Translations under genes and position numbers: made by a program
Shown: piece by piece, positions 1 through 8,293 of the stretch
Numbering within the stretch: position 1 is the first letter of the stretch
How the letters are laid out: each line of letters starts with the position of its first letter
Assembly: GCA_044349205.1 (NCBI GenBank)
Contig: JBIKRJ010000001.1
Location: 1 to 49,276, forward strand
Length of the DNA stretch: 49,276 nucleotides
From: Cytophagales bacterium
GTDB taxonomy: Bacteria; Bacteroidota; Bacteroidia; Cytophagales; UBA9547
Direction of reading: 5' to 3'
Notes under the pieces: model-generated
What the model was told of the DNA's origin: nothing
Seen by the model: only the letters and a program-made list of their open reading frames with translations
Database searches by the model: none

Positions 1-836
1 TCACTTCCCGGTTTCGGTGTATAGTTATAGTGCCATTCAGCCATTGGTGGCATACTCATTAAAATAGATTCAGTTCTTCCGTCAGTGTCCAACCCAAATT
101 TCGTTCCCTTGTCGTAGAGTAGATTGAATTCAACATATCGACTACGGCGTATGGATTGCCATTCTTTGTGGCTTTTATCATAAGGGGCATTTTTTTTATC
201 GCGCACAATGTGGCAATAAGTAGGGGCAAATGTTTTTCCCACAGACCAAACGAAATTGAAAAGTGCTCTTTTATCTTTTCCCATTAGCCTATCGAAGAAA
301 ATACCGCCTATTCCTCGGGTTTCGTTGCGGTGTGGAATAAAGAAATAATCGTCAGCCCATTTTTTGAAATCAGCATAGTAATTTTTGTCAAAAACATCAC
401 AAGTATTTTTCAACTGTCCGTGAAAGAATTTTGACTCACGTTCGTCTATGTAAATGGGTGTAAGGTCGATGCCGCCCCCAAACCACCAAGTTTTTCCAGG
501 CAGCTCAAAATATCGGATATTCATGTGTATGATTGGCACAAATGGATTGGAGGGGTGTATGACGATGGATACCCCTGTGGCGTAAAATTCATCGGCATTT
601 AGGCCAAAGGCCTCGTTCATCTTTTTTGTTACAGGGCCATGCACCGCCGAAAAATTGACTCCCGCTTTTTCCAATATTTTTCCGTTTTGCAACACGCGCG
701 TGTCGCCTCCACCACCTTCAGGCCTTTGCCAATGGTCAGAAATGAATTTGCCGGTACCATCCTCTTCTTGCAAGGCGTAACAAATGTCTTCTTGAAGTTT
801 TTTAAACTCTTTGGCGATGTCTTCTTTTTTCATCAT
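1..836 (-). CDS. hemF: Oxygen-dependent coproporphyrinogen III oxidase (partial; C-terminal ~20 aa lie outside the window)
   Basis: A minus-strand frame stays open from the ATG at 836 to the window edge. It is absent from the ORF track because it has no stop in the window. The translation MMKKEDIAKEF..HWQRPEGGGGDTRVL..WWFGGGIDLTP..RRSRYVEFNLLYDKGTKFGL carries the conserved HemF blocks. Confidence 0.9.
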   Translation of the reverse strand, partial: MMKKEDIAKEFKKLQEDICYALQEEDGTGKFISDHWQRPEGGGGDTRVLQNGKILEKAGVNFSAVHGPVTKKMNEAFGLNADEFYATGVSIVIHPSNPFVPIIHMNIRYFELPGKTWWFGGGIDLTPIYIDERESKFFHGQLKNTCDVFDKNYYADFKKWADDYFFIPHRNETRGIGGIFFDRLMGKDKRALFNFVWSVGKTFAPTYCHIVRDKKNAPYDKSHKEWQSIRRSRYVEFNLLYDKGTKFGLDTDGRTESILMSMPPMAEWHYNYTPKPGS

Positions 837-3298
837 TAAAAGGGGTATCCAATCCCAATATTTAATAATCCGTACTCTTTTTTGTTGGTAATATTGTCAA
901 ACGACCAATCTTTTATGACAAACCTTTCTTCCAAAGGATATGCAGGGTCGTACACTTTCATGCCCCAATCGAAACGTACCAAAAGAAAGGTAAAATTCAG
1001 CCTAAGGCCCACACCGGTACCTACCGCAATTTCTTTGTAAAATCTATCCAAACTGAATTGTGATTTTTCGTCGGTTTGCAAAGAATTTCCAAGTCGCCAA
1101 ACATTTCCCGCATCCAAGAAAAAAGCCCCTTCTATGAATTTGATTAACTTAAATCTAGATTCAGCGCTAGTTTCCAACACGATTTCGCCTGGTTGCTCGA
1201 ATTTGTAATCGAAACTGCCGTCGGGACGAATGTTGATGGGAGCTTGTGAACCAGGCCCTAGTCGTCTTGGTCGCCAAGCTCTCAAGCTGTTGCTGCCGCC
1301 TGCAAAAAAGTATTTTTCGTAGGGAAGCGCTTTGTTTTCACTTGAAGAAATGGCCAACCCAGTATTGATGCGAAATGCAAATTGGCTAATTGGAGAAGGA
1401 GCGCGATAAAAGCGAAAGTCTGAATTAAATTTTAAGTATTTGAAGTAAGCCAGCTCGCCAAAAAGCTTCTTATTCTGAATAATTTCCGCTTTTTCTAATT
1501 CATTTTCAAAAAAACGCAAAGTTGTGCCACCACTTTCGGCGAAAAGCCTAACGAAACTACCGTTTACAAAGCGAGTAAAATCGTTGTTGTTGTATAGGTA
1601 TGTAAAATGAATGCCTGATACAAAAGAAGGTCGAAAACTGTTAACAAGTGTATTTCCTTGTGCTTGTAACAAAGCCAGATAGTCTGAAAAAGAAGACTTG
1701 AGCTGAGGGGTTTGAATAATATTCAAGTCGGCAACCGACAAAATGTAGCGTGAATAGGTGTTTCGGGTGAAAGTATAGTTGACCGCCAATTTGAAATTTC
1801 GCCTCGAATATTCAGGTCGAACTATATTGTTTAGTGAAAAACTAATCCGTGTGCGAGGATATAAATTGTTGAATTTGAATCGGATGCGAGTAGGAATATA
1901 AAACTGCGGAAAGGTCATACCCACGTCTGCCGAAGCTTCTGCTGTTTTATATACCACATCGGGGTCGGTTGCGCTTGCCACCCCCTCTATGCCGTATCTA
2001 ATACTGGCATCTATGTTTTCGCAACCTCGCAATACATTGCGATTTAGAAAGGCAATGCTTCCTTGCGGGCCGGGCAAACCTTGTGTCACATTCAAACCCC
2101 ATTCGTCGGTTATTTGGTATTTTTTACTCGAATTCAACACTATAATCATTTGCAAAGTCGAATCTAGCGTCTTTGATTTTTGGTATCGAATGTCGATGTA
2201 TCGAAAGTTGTCTAGGTTTGCCAAGTTTAGTTGGGTGTTTATGGTTTTGCTCAAACTATAAGGGTCATTTGGTCTGAACTTTATTTTTCCAGCAATTACC
2301 TTTTTCCCGTATTTGTTTTTTGCTTGCAAAAATTGAATGTTCTCATACCATACAGTGTCTAGTTTTCTTTTACCAAATTCATTGTATTCCAATAAGCAAG
2401 AAATAGAGCCAATGGTATATTTTTTAAAGATTGCAGAGCTTGAATCTGCATTGATGAGCATTTTCACATCGGCGCGAAAGGCTTCCACGGTAGTATCGAT
2501 TTGATAGGAAATGAATTGTTTTTGAAAATCGTAATAGCCTTGGTCTTTCAAAAACTTATCTATGCGATCGCGTTCTTGTATTAGGGTGCTTTCGTCAAGT
2601 TTTTGATTGATTTTGATAATGCTGTGTTCTTTTTCTTTGTTTATCAACTCATGTATTTTCTTGTGCGGAATTTGGTAGCCAAAGGAACTGACAAGGTGTG
2701 GAGTGTTCTCCTCTACTTGGTAGGTGATGTCTAATTTTTTCCTTGTTGTATCAAAATTTGTAAATACTTTACTGTGGAAAAAGCCTTTGGCGCGCAACAT
2801 TTGTTGCATCAATTGTGCAGTTCGAATAATTTTTTCCTCATCGGCAATAGAGGGTGCTTCGCCAAATGTGCGCATAAAAGCGTTGCCTTCATTTTCCCGA
2901 ACATCTAATTTGTTTATTTTCTTATCTCTTTCGGTACGAAGTCTTTCAATTCGTTTTTTGTCGGTACTGTCTTTGGCTATTTTGGTCTCGTATTTCTGAT
3001 TGATTTTCACTCTCTTTTTTTCGATTCGTTTTTTGTATTGAAACGATTTTCCAATCAGGTAAAAATAAAAATAAGGCTTTGAGCCTAATAAGGGGAGTTT
3101 TCTGTTTGGCTTTTGTTGGTAAAGCGGTGTGTACTTTTCTTTAGGCACTTGCTTCTGTCCTTTCACATCTTGTTCATGCAACAAATATTCTCCTTCGCCC
3201 AATAGTTTGTTGCTTTCCAAGTATTTGCTTGTCGAACAAGAACTTTGCAGGAAAGAAAAAGCAATAAAAAACAGTATGTAAATTTGAAACTTATGCAA
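836..3298 (-). CDS. Omp85 (BamA/TamA, surface antigen D15) family outer membrane protein
   Basis: 820-aa ORF with a hydrophobic N-terminal signal. It has a long C-terminal beta-barrel-like region of alternating hydrophobic residues that ends in an aromatic residue (..LLNIGIGYPF). The only usable start is the TTG at 3298. The stop codon shares one nucleotide with the hemF ATG. Confidence 0.75.
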   Translation of the reverse strand: MHKFQIYILFFIAFSFLQSSCSTSKYLESNKLLGEGEYLLHEQDVKGQKQVPKEKYTPLYQQKPNRKLPLLGSKPYFYFYLIGKSFQYKKRIEKKRVKINQKYETKIAKDSTDKKRIERLRTERDKKINKLDVRENEGNAFMRTFGEAPSIADEEKIIRTAQLMQQMLRAKGFFHSKVFTNFDTTRKKLDITYQVEENTPHLVSSFGYQIPHKKIHELINKEKEHSIIKINQKLDESTLIQERDRIDKFLKDQGYYDFQKQFISYQIDTTVEAFRADVKMLINADSSSAIFKKYTIGSISCLLEYNEFGKRKLDTVWYENIQFLQAKNKYGKKVIAGKIKFRPNDPYSLSKTINTQLNLANLDNFRYIDIRYQKSKTLDSTLQMIIVLNSSKKYQITDEWGLNVTQGLPGPQGSIAFLNRNVLRGCENIDASIRYGIEGVASATDPDVVYKTAEASADVGMTFPQFYIPTRIRFKFNNLYPRTRISFSLNNIVRPEYSRRNFKLAVNYTFTRNTYSRYILSVADLNIIQTPQLKSSFSDYLALLQAQGNTLVNSFRPSFVSGIHFTYLYNNNDFTRFVNGSFVRLFAESGGTTLRFFENELEKAEIIQNKKLFGELAYFKYLKFNSDFRFYRAPSPISQFAFRINTGLAISSSENKALPYEKYFFAGGSNSLRAWRPRRLGPGSQAPINIRPDGSFDYKFEQPGEIVLETSAESRFKLIKFIEGAFFLDAGNVWRLGNSLQTDEKSQFSLDRFYKEIAVGTGVGLRLNFTFLLVRFDWGMKVYDPAYPLEERFVIKDWSFDNITNKKEYGLLNIGIGYPF

Positions 3299-3309
3299 AA
3301 TGGAGCTAG

Positions 3310-4035
3310 ATGCTAAGTAAAGCCGATATCAAATACATCAATTCTTTGCAAAATAAGAAATACCGCAAAATTGAACGTGCCTTTTTGGTTGAAGGGCTTA
3401 AAAATGTAGAGGAACTACTAAAATCGGATTACAAAATAAAGAGGCTTTTTTGTACCGAATCGTATGCAGAAACTTTTTCAAAATCGTTTACCCAAGTAGA
3501 AGTATTGAGCGAAAATGAATTGTCGAAATTGGGCACGTTGGAAAATAACACAAGCGCATTGGCGGTTGTACAAACCAAAGATTTGGCCAATTTGCCATCT
3601 TCTACCCACAACCTAATTTTGGCTTTGGATGGGCTAAATGACCCTGGAAACTTAGGTACCATCATTCGGATTGCCGACTGGTATGGAATAAAGGATATTG
3701 TGTGTAGCCTTGAAACAGTCGATTTCTACAACCCTAAAGTAATCAATTCAAGCAAAGGTTCGTTTACCCGTGTAAATGTATATTACACCCAATTAGACAG
3801 GTTTCTAACTGAAATTCAGTTACCTATACTGGCTTCATGTATGAATGGAACTTCAATTTATAAACTCGATAATCAGCTACCTTGTGTGCTTTTGATGGGA
3901 AGCGAAGCCAATGGTATTCAAAAACATTTGCTAAAACTGGCGAGCAAAGAAATTAGCATACCACGAGTAGGTGTTTCCGAATCATTGAATGTTGGAGTGG
4001 CAACCGGAATTTTGATAGACAGGCTTTTGAATTAA
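3310..4035 (+). CDS. TrmH/SpoU-family RNA 2'-O-methyltransferase
   Basis: 241 aa with an ATG start. SpoU motifs are present: LDGLNDPGNLGTIIRIADWYG, LLMGSEANGI and IPRVGVSESLNVGVATGILI. Confidence 0.85.
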   Translation: MLSKADIKYINSLQNKKYRKIERAFLVEGLKNVEELLKSDYKIKRLFCTESYAETFSKSFTQVEVLSENELSKLGTLENNTSALAVVQTKDLANLPSSTHNLILALDGLNDPGNLGTIIRIADWYGIKDIVCSLETVDFYNPKVINSSKGSFTRVNVYYTQLDRFLTEIQLPILASCMNGTSIYKLDNQLPCVLLMGSEANGIQKHLLKLASKEISIPRVGVSESLNVGVATGILIDRLLN

Positions 4036-4059
4036 AAAAGGCGGAACTCCGCCTTTTTT
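4034..4059. terminator. Bidirectional intrinsic terminator between convergent genes
   Basis: AAAAAAGGCGG-AACT-CCGCCTTTTTT forms a GC stem flanked by an A-run and a T-run. It therefore reads as a stem plus U-tract on both strands. It sits between the stop at 4035 (+) and the stop at 4069 (-). Confidence 0.8.
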
Positions 4060-4068
4060 AATTCTAGT

Positions 4069-4416
4069 TTATTCGCCATGAAGCCAAGCTTTTTTGGCTT
4101 CAAGTTCCTCTTTGGTCTCGCGCATGTCGGGGTCATCTACACAGCAGTCCACAGGACATACAGCAGCGCATTGGGGTTCTTCATGAAATCCGGTACACTC
4201 GGTACATTTATTAGGAACGATGTAATACAAGTCGGGTGATATAGGTTCTTGAGAAGCTTTTCCGTCGATAATAGTACCGTCCTCCAATTCTACTTGGGTT
4301 AGTTTTGTACCACCACCCCATGTCCATTTGGCGCCGCCTTCGTAAATGGCAGTATTAGGACATTCGGGTTCGCAAGCCCCGCAGTTAATACATTCTTCTG
4401 TAATAATAATCGCCAT
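4069..4416 (-). CDS. 4Fe-4S dicluster ferredoxin
   Basis: 115 aa with two cluster motifs: [12 protein letters not shown] and [18 protein letters not shown]. Confidence 0.85.
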   Translation of the reverse strand: MAIIITEECINCGACEPECPNTAIYEGGAKWTWGGGTKLTQVELEDGTIIDGKASQEPISPDLYYIVPNKCTECTGFHEEPQCAAVCPVDCCVDDPDMRETKEELEAKKAWLHGE

Positions 4417-4569
4417 GGCCGATGTTTTTATTCAATAACTATTTTTTGGACTACAAAGTTAGCAATACTGCTTTAATATAGCTTTGCAAAAACAAACAAT
4501 TGCAGAAACTCAAGATTTAGTTTCTAAAAAGTAGTGTTTCTGAAATGTTTTCATCTTCAAGCCATCCTT

Positions 4570-5607
4570 ATGTATAAACCCACAAATTTTATTCCTCTTT
4601 CGGTGAAAGTAGATTCATTTTCAAAACTAGGAAAATATCTTTCTGCCTTGTCTGAACAAGAAATATCCGACTTGACAACACGTGCGTCTGCTGAAAACAG
4701 GTGGTTTACTTCAGAAAGTGTTGGGCTAGCGCTGAAAAACCTTGCAATAATGTTGGAGAATGAAAATCTGAACATTTTCGTTCAAAAATATGACACACTA
4801 TCTGCACAAAGAGAGGTAAAAACAGTAGGGGTGGTGATGGCAGGCAATATACCAGCCGTTGGTTTTCACGATGCTTTTTGTGTGCTTTTGTCTGGGCATA
4901 AGCTGCTTGCAAAACTTAGCAAAGACGATACTGTTTTGATGCGATTTCTATTGGAAAAGCTTCTCGAGATAGCGCCTGAATTTGCATCTTTTGTACAGTA
5001 TGCCGATAGGATGAAAGAAATGGACGCTGTAATTTGTACGGGTAGCGACAATTCGGCAAGATATTTCGATTATTATTTCGGAAAATATCCTCATATAATT
5101 CGTAAAAACAGAACCTCTATCGCAGTATTGGATGGCAACGAAAGTCTTGCCGAACTAGAACTTCTAGCCAAAGATGTATTTTCCTACTATGGTTTAGGTT
5201 GCAGAAATGTTTCGAAGATAATGATACCCGAAAGCATGGATGTGACCAAAGTAATTGAGGCATTTGAGCCTTATTCTCATATTATTGACCATCACAAATA
5301 CGCCAATAATTATACTTACAACAGGGCCGTACTGTTGTTGAACAATGAGGTTTTTTTGGACAATGGTTTTCTGCTTTTCAGAGAAACCAATGACTTGCAT
5401 TCGCCACTTTCCGTGTTGTATTATGCGCGATATGCTCAAAAAAAGGAGCTTTTAGAATACTTAGACACCCACAAGCAACACATACAATGTGTAGTGAGTA
5501 ATTTGACAGAGATTGCAAACAGAGTACAATTTGGGAAAACTCAGTCTCCGTTGTTTTTGGACTATGCCGATGGTGTAGATACCATGGCTTTTTTGTTAGG
5601 GCTGTAA
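4570..5607 (+). CDS. Acyl-CoA reductase (LuxC-like family)
   Basis: The track ORF starts at a GTG at 4534, and I prefer the first ATG at 4570 (MYKPTNF..). The block VGVVMAGNIPAVGFHDAFCVLLSGHKLLAKLSKDD resembles the LuxC-type core. Size is ~345 aa. A TAGCTTTG box lies at 4479-4486 upstream. Confidence 0.65.
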   Translation: MYKPTNFIPLSVKVDSFSKLGKYLSALSEQEISDLTTRASAENRWFTSESVGLALKNLAIMLENENLNIFVQKYDTLSAQREVKTVGVVMAGNIPAVGFHDAFCVLLSGHKLLAKLSKDDTVLMRFLLEKLLEIAPEFASFVQYADRMKEMDAVICTGSDNSARYFDYYFGKYPHIIRKNRTSIAVLDGNESLAELELLAKDVFSYYGLGCRNVSKIMIPESMDVTKVIEAFEPYSHIIDHHKYANNYTYNRAVLLLNNEVFLDNGFLLFRETNDLHSPLSVLYYARYAQKKELLEYLDTHKQHIQCVVSNLTEIANRVQFGKTQSPLFLDYADGVDTMAFLLGL

Positions 5608-5608
5608 C

Positions 5609-6277
5609 CTATTTTAACGGTAAGTAGTACGCTAACGAAAGCATAAAAACAGAATTGGCAAGACTTGCGTTACTGTTTTTAGAAATGTTTGTAAAACTGC
5701 GGTTGTATCTAATTTCAGCGGCAAACCTACCTACCGCCTCCGCTGGAAATTCAACACCGGCGCCTATTATGAATCCAACATCTAAAGGTTTGAAAAGCTT
5801 AGAGGAATTCGCGTTTATCTCATCTTTTCTTCCACCAACACTATAAGTTCTGGTAGAAGCAGCCAATATTCCAAGATAAGGCCCTGCTGCGGCAAAATAT
5901 TGCACATTTTTTGGATTGCCAAAATACACTTTGCCGTATACGGGCAAATTGATGTAATGCATCATGTAACGGGCGTTAATTTCGTAAGGGTTAATCATTT
6001 CTTTTCCGTTTTCGTCTACAGATTTCAGATACCCTTTTTCTCTTCCACCCCAAAGGCCATACGAAAGTTCGCCAAAAACAGCATACATGTCGTCAAACTT
6101 GCATCCAACAACACCACCAAGGGTGTAAGCCATTACGCTTTTGTGAGATAAGCCTGGCTCAGATTTGCCACCAAAACGAGTTATTCCAGTACCCAATCGG
6201 CCACCAACTACTAATTCTTGGGCATACATCCATGTTACATTTCCCAACAATAGAGCCGCAAGACAAAAAATTCTCAT
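5609..6277 (-). CDS. Small outer-membrane beta-barrel (porin-family) protein
   Basis: 222 aa with signal peptide MRIFCLAALLLGNVTWMYAQ. It has Gly/aromatic-rich alternating strands and a C-terminal ..LSLAYYLPLK. Confidence 0.6.
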   Translation of the reverse strand: MRIFCLAALLLGNVTWMYAQELVVGGRLGTGITRFGGKSEPGLSHKSVMAYTLGGVVGCKFDDMYAVFGELSYGLWGGREKGYLKSVDENGKEMINPYEINARYMMHYINLPVYGKVYFGNPKNVQYFAAAGPYLGILAASTRTYSVGGRKDEINANSSKLFKPLDVGFIIGAGVEFPAEAVGRFAAEIRYNRSFTNISKNSNASLANSVFMLSLAYYLPLK

Positions 6278-6379
6278 AACCTTAAGTATCTAAATTAAAT
6301 CCCAAAGTAGCGTATTATTTCTTAAAATCCATAAAATGAGGCATGCTTTCTAGTTAGTTTCAAAAGATTTGAAACGAAA

Positions 6380-6898
6380 TCAAGATTTTTTCGGGTCGTT
6401 CATCACTGTTCCGCATTTGTTGCAAGTGCACAATTTGGGCGAATTGTAAAAACGGTTCATCACTTCGGGAAGTTGTTTCACTATGTCGGTTATTATCAAA
6501 TATTCCTCGTAAAGCAGATTTTCGCACTTTTCACAGAACCACAAAAATCCGTCTTTTTCGTTGGGTTTGCGGTAGCGCTCTATGACAAGGCCAATGGTGT
6601 TGGCAGGCCGCTGGGGCAAATGAGGTACCCTAGGAGGTAGCAAAAACATGTCACCTTCCGAAATAGTAATGTTTTCGGTTTTGCCATTTTGAATAATGCG
6701 CAAGTTGAAGCTGCCCTCTAATTGGTAAAAAAGCTCTTCACCTTCGTTGTAATGAAAATCTTTGCGGGCATTGGGACCACCTACCACCATGACTATAAAG
6801 TCATCGTTGCCTTTGTACACCTGCTGGTTGCCTACTGGGGGTTTGAGCAAATGACGATTTTCGTCAATCCACTTTTTGAGGTTGAAGGGTTTTGTCAT
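6380..6898 (-). CDS. 3-hydroxyanthranilate 3,4-dioxygenase (cupin)
   Basis: 172 aa. Matching blocks include FNLKKWIDENRHLLKPPVGN, DFHYNEGEELFYQLEG and GDMFLLPPRVPHLPQR. A C-terminal Cys4 site is present (CEKC...CNKC). Confidence 0.9.
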   Translation of the reverse strand: MTKPFNLKKWIDENRHLLKPPVGNQQVYKGNDDFIVMVVGGPNARKDFHYNEGEELFYQLEGSFNLRIIQNGKTENITISEGDMFLLPPRVPHLPQRPANTIGLVIERYRKPNEKDGFLWFCEKCENLLYEEYLIITDIVKQLPEVMNRFYNSPKLCTCNKCGTVMNDPKKS

Positions 6899-7069
6899 TT
6901 TTGTAGGGCGTAATTTTATTCAATAATAAAGTTTTTTTGGTTTTGGATAAACTGAAGGACTTAAAAAAATCGGAAAGAATGTAAAGATTTTGGTAATTTT
7001 TTAAAAATTTTAAATCTAATTTTAAAGCAGGAATTCTAGTCAATAGCTCCATTTTAGTACAAAAGCCCA

Positions 7070-7101
7070 TTTGTGAGTTTTCAAATTATATCTTAGTTTT
7101 G
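7070..7101 (+). promoter_or_regulatory. Bacteroidota-type sigma-A promoter for tRNA-His
   Basis: TTTG lies at 7070-7073, followed by a 20-nt spacer and TAGTTTTG at 7094-7101, a perfect TAnnTTTG. The -7 box ends 12 nt before the tRNA 5' end. Confidence 0.45.
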
Positions 7102-7113
7102 CCATCCTTATAT

Positions 7114-7188
7114 GGAGATTGTAGCTCAGTTGGTTAGAGCGCCTGATTGTGGTTCAGGAGGTCGTGGGTTCGAGACCCATCTTTCTCC
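7114..7188 (+). tRNA. tRNA-His (anticodon GTG at 7149-7151) with encoded G-1; no encoded CCA
   Basis: Manual cloverleaf: D arm GCTC/GAGC, anticodon stem CCTGA/TCAGG with loop TTGTGGT, T arm GTGGG-TTCGAGA-CCCAT. G-1 (7114) lies opposite C73 (7188). The acceptor stem has two U:U mismatches (see findings). Confidence 0.8.
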
Positions 7189-7192
7189 CTCG

Positions 7193-7221
7193 AAAAGCTA
7201 CCTAAAATGGTAGCTTTTTTT
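7193..7221 (+). terminator. Intrinsic terminator after tRNA-His
   Basis: AGCTACC-TAAAAT-GGTAGCT hairpin followed by TTTTTT. Confidence 0.7.
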
Positions 7222-7297
7222 GTTCTATTTAGAACTGTTTTTTCACTTCCACGTTTCTTCATAGTCTGAAATTACCGAAAAACATAAAGATATATTC

Positions 7298-8248
7298 ATG
7301 AATATTGGAGACAAAGTGCGCGAACTGCATGGCCGCAACGAGGGGATTGTGGTAGCCATATTGCCCAATGGGAAGGTGCAGGTAGAGTTGACCGACGGTT
7401 TCAACATCCCTTTTTTTAAGAAAGAGTTGGTTGTAGTCTCGCAAATTGAAGAAAAAATTTTTGCCGAAAACGAAACAGAATCAACCTCAGACAAACCCAC
7501 AAAAGCTCAGATTTTTGCAGAAAGAGGTATTTATTTGGCCAAGACTTTGGTAACAAACAATAAGCATCGGTTTCACTTAATCAACAATTCCGATTTTCAA
7601 TTGCTTTACACCTCTTTTTTATTGCAAAATTCGAAAGAACTGAAACCATTGCAAGCTGGTATTTTGAACAGAAAAACTGCTTTAGAACTATTTCAAACCG
7701 AACAAGCTAGTATTTTAACTGAATCGAAAATTATAATTCAAATCCTCTTTTTTTCGCAAGGCAGAAGTGAAATGCGATTGCCTTTGACAGGGGAAATAGA
7801 GTTGAAACTTGCCAATTGGAAAGCAGAAGCCAGCTTGTTGCCTGTTTTGGGAGTAATGGGTACTAAATGGCAATTGGACAACGAGCTTAAAAAGGCTGAT
7901 GCGCAGGCATTGGGAACCAAACTTTCAGAAAGTTTACCAGCCAAAAGCCAAGTAAAAATTGAAAAGGTGAATGCTGAACTCGATTTGCATATCGACAAAC
8001 TAACCGACAAGCATTCCAGTTTCAGACCCGACGAAATATTTCGATTCCAAATGCGAGCTTTTGAAAACCATTTGGAAAAAGCTGTTTCAGCAGGTTTGAA
8101 AGAGGTGATTTACATACATGGTGTTGGGAGCGGAATATTGAAAGACGAGATTCGAAAAAAATTGTCGAACAATATGTTTGTCAAATATTTTGAAGATGCA
8201 CCACACCAAAAATATGGACACGGTGCTGTAAAGGTGTTCCTGAAATAA
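7298..8248 (+). CDS. Smr (MutS2-like small nuclease) domain protein with an N-terminal DUF2027-like region
   Basis: 316 aa. The C-terminal block ELDLHIDKL...LKEVIYIHGVGSGILKDEIRKKL...GHGAVKVFLK is a typical Smr domain. Confidence 0.8.
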   Translation: MNIGDKVRELHGRNEGIVVAILPNGKVQVELTDGFNIPFFKKELVVVSQIEEKIFAENETESTSDKPTKAQIFAERGIYLAKTLVTNNKHRFHLINNSDFQLLYTSFLLQNSKELKPLQAGILNRKTALELFQTEQASILTESKIIIQILFFSQGRSEMRLPLTGEIELKLANWKAEASLLPVLGVMGTKWQLDNELKKADAQALGTKLSESLPAKSQVKIEKVNAELDLHIDKLTDKHSSFRPDEIFRFQMRAFENHLEKAVSAGLKEVIYIHGVGSGILKDEIRKKLSNNMFVKYFEDAPHQKYGHGAVKVFLK

Positions 8249-8293
8249 AGTACAATTAAATGGTATATTGCTATCGTATTTTCCTCCACTTTA

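Noticed and set aside
639-839. 66-aa plus-strand ORF from the track
   Set aside because: It lies entirely antisense to the well-supported hemF frame. It has no recognisable motif, and its composition is typical of a shadow ORF.
4504-4525. Inverted repeat AGAAACT-N8-AGTTTCT in the ferredoxin/acyl-CoA-reductase divergent intergenic region
   Set aside because: It has only 7-bp arms in AT-rich DNA, occurs once, and has no second copy or known regulator link. It is noted as a possible operator but is not supportable.
6357-6375. Perfect 8-bp palindrome GTTTCAAA-AGA-TTTGAAAC just downstream of the dioxygenase gene
   Set aside because: The stem is AT-rich and is not followed by a U-tract on the transcribed (minus) strand. 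It is weak as a terminator and could be chance.
7114-7300. tRNA-His as an integration site for a mobile element
   Set aside because: There is no integrase or recombinase nearby. I noticed no repeat of the tRNA 3' half downstream, and the flanking genes are ordinary chromosomal genes.
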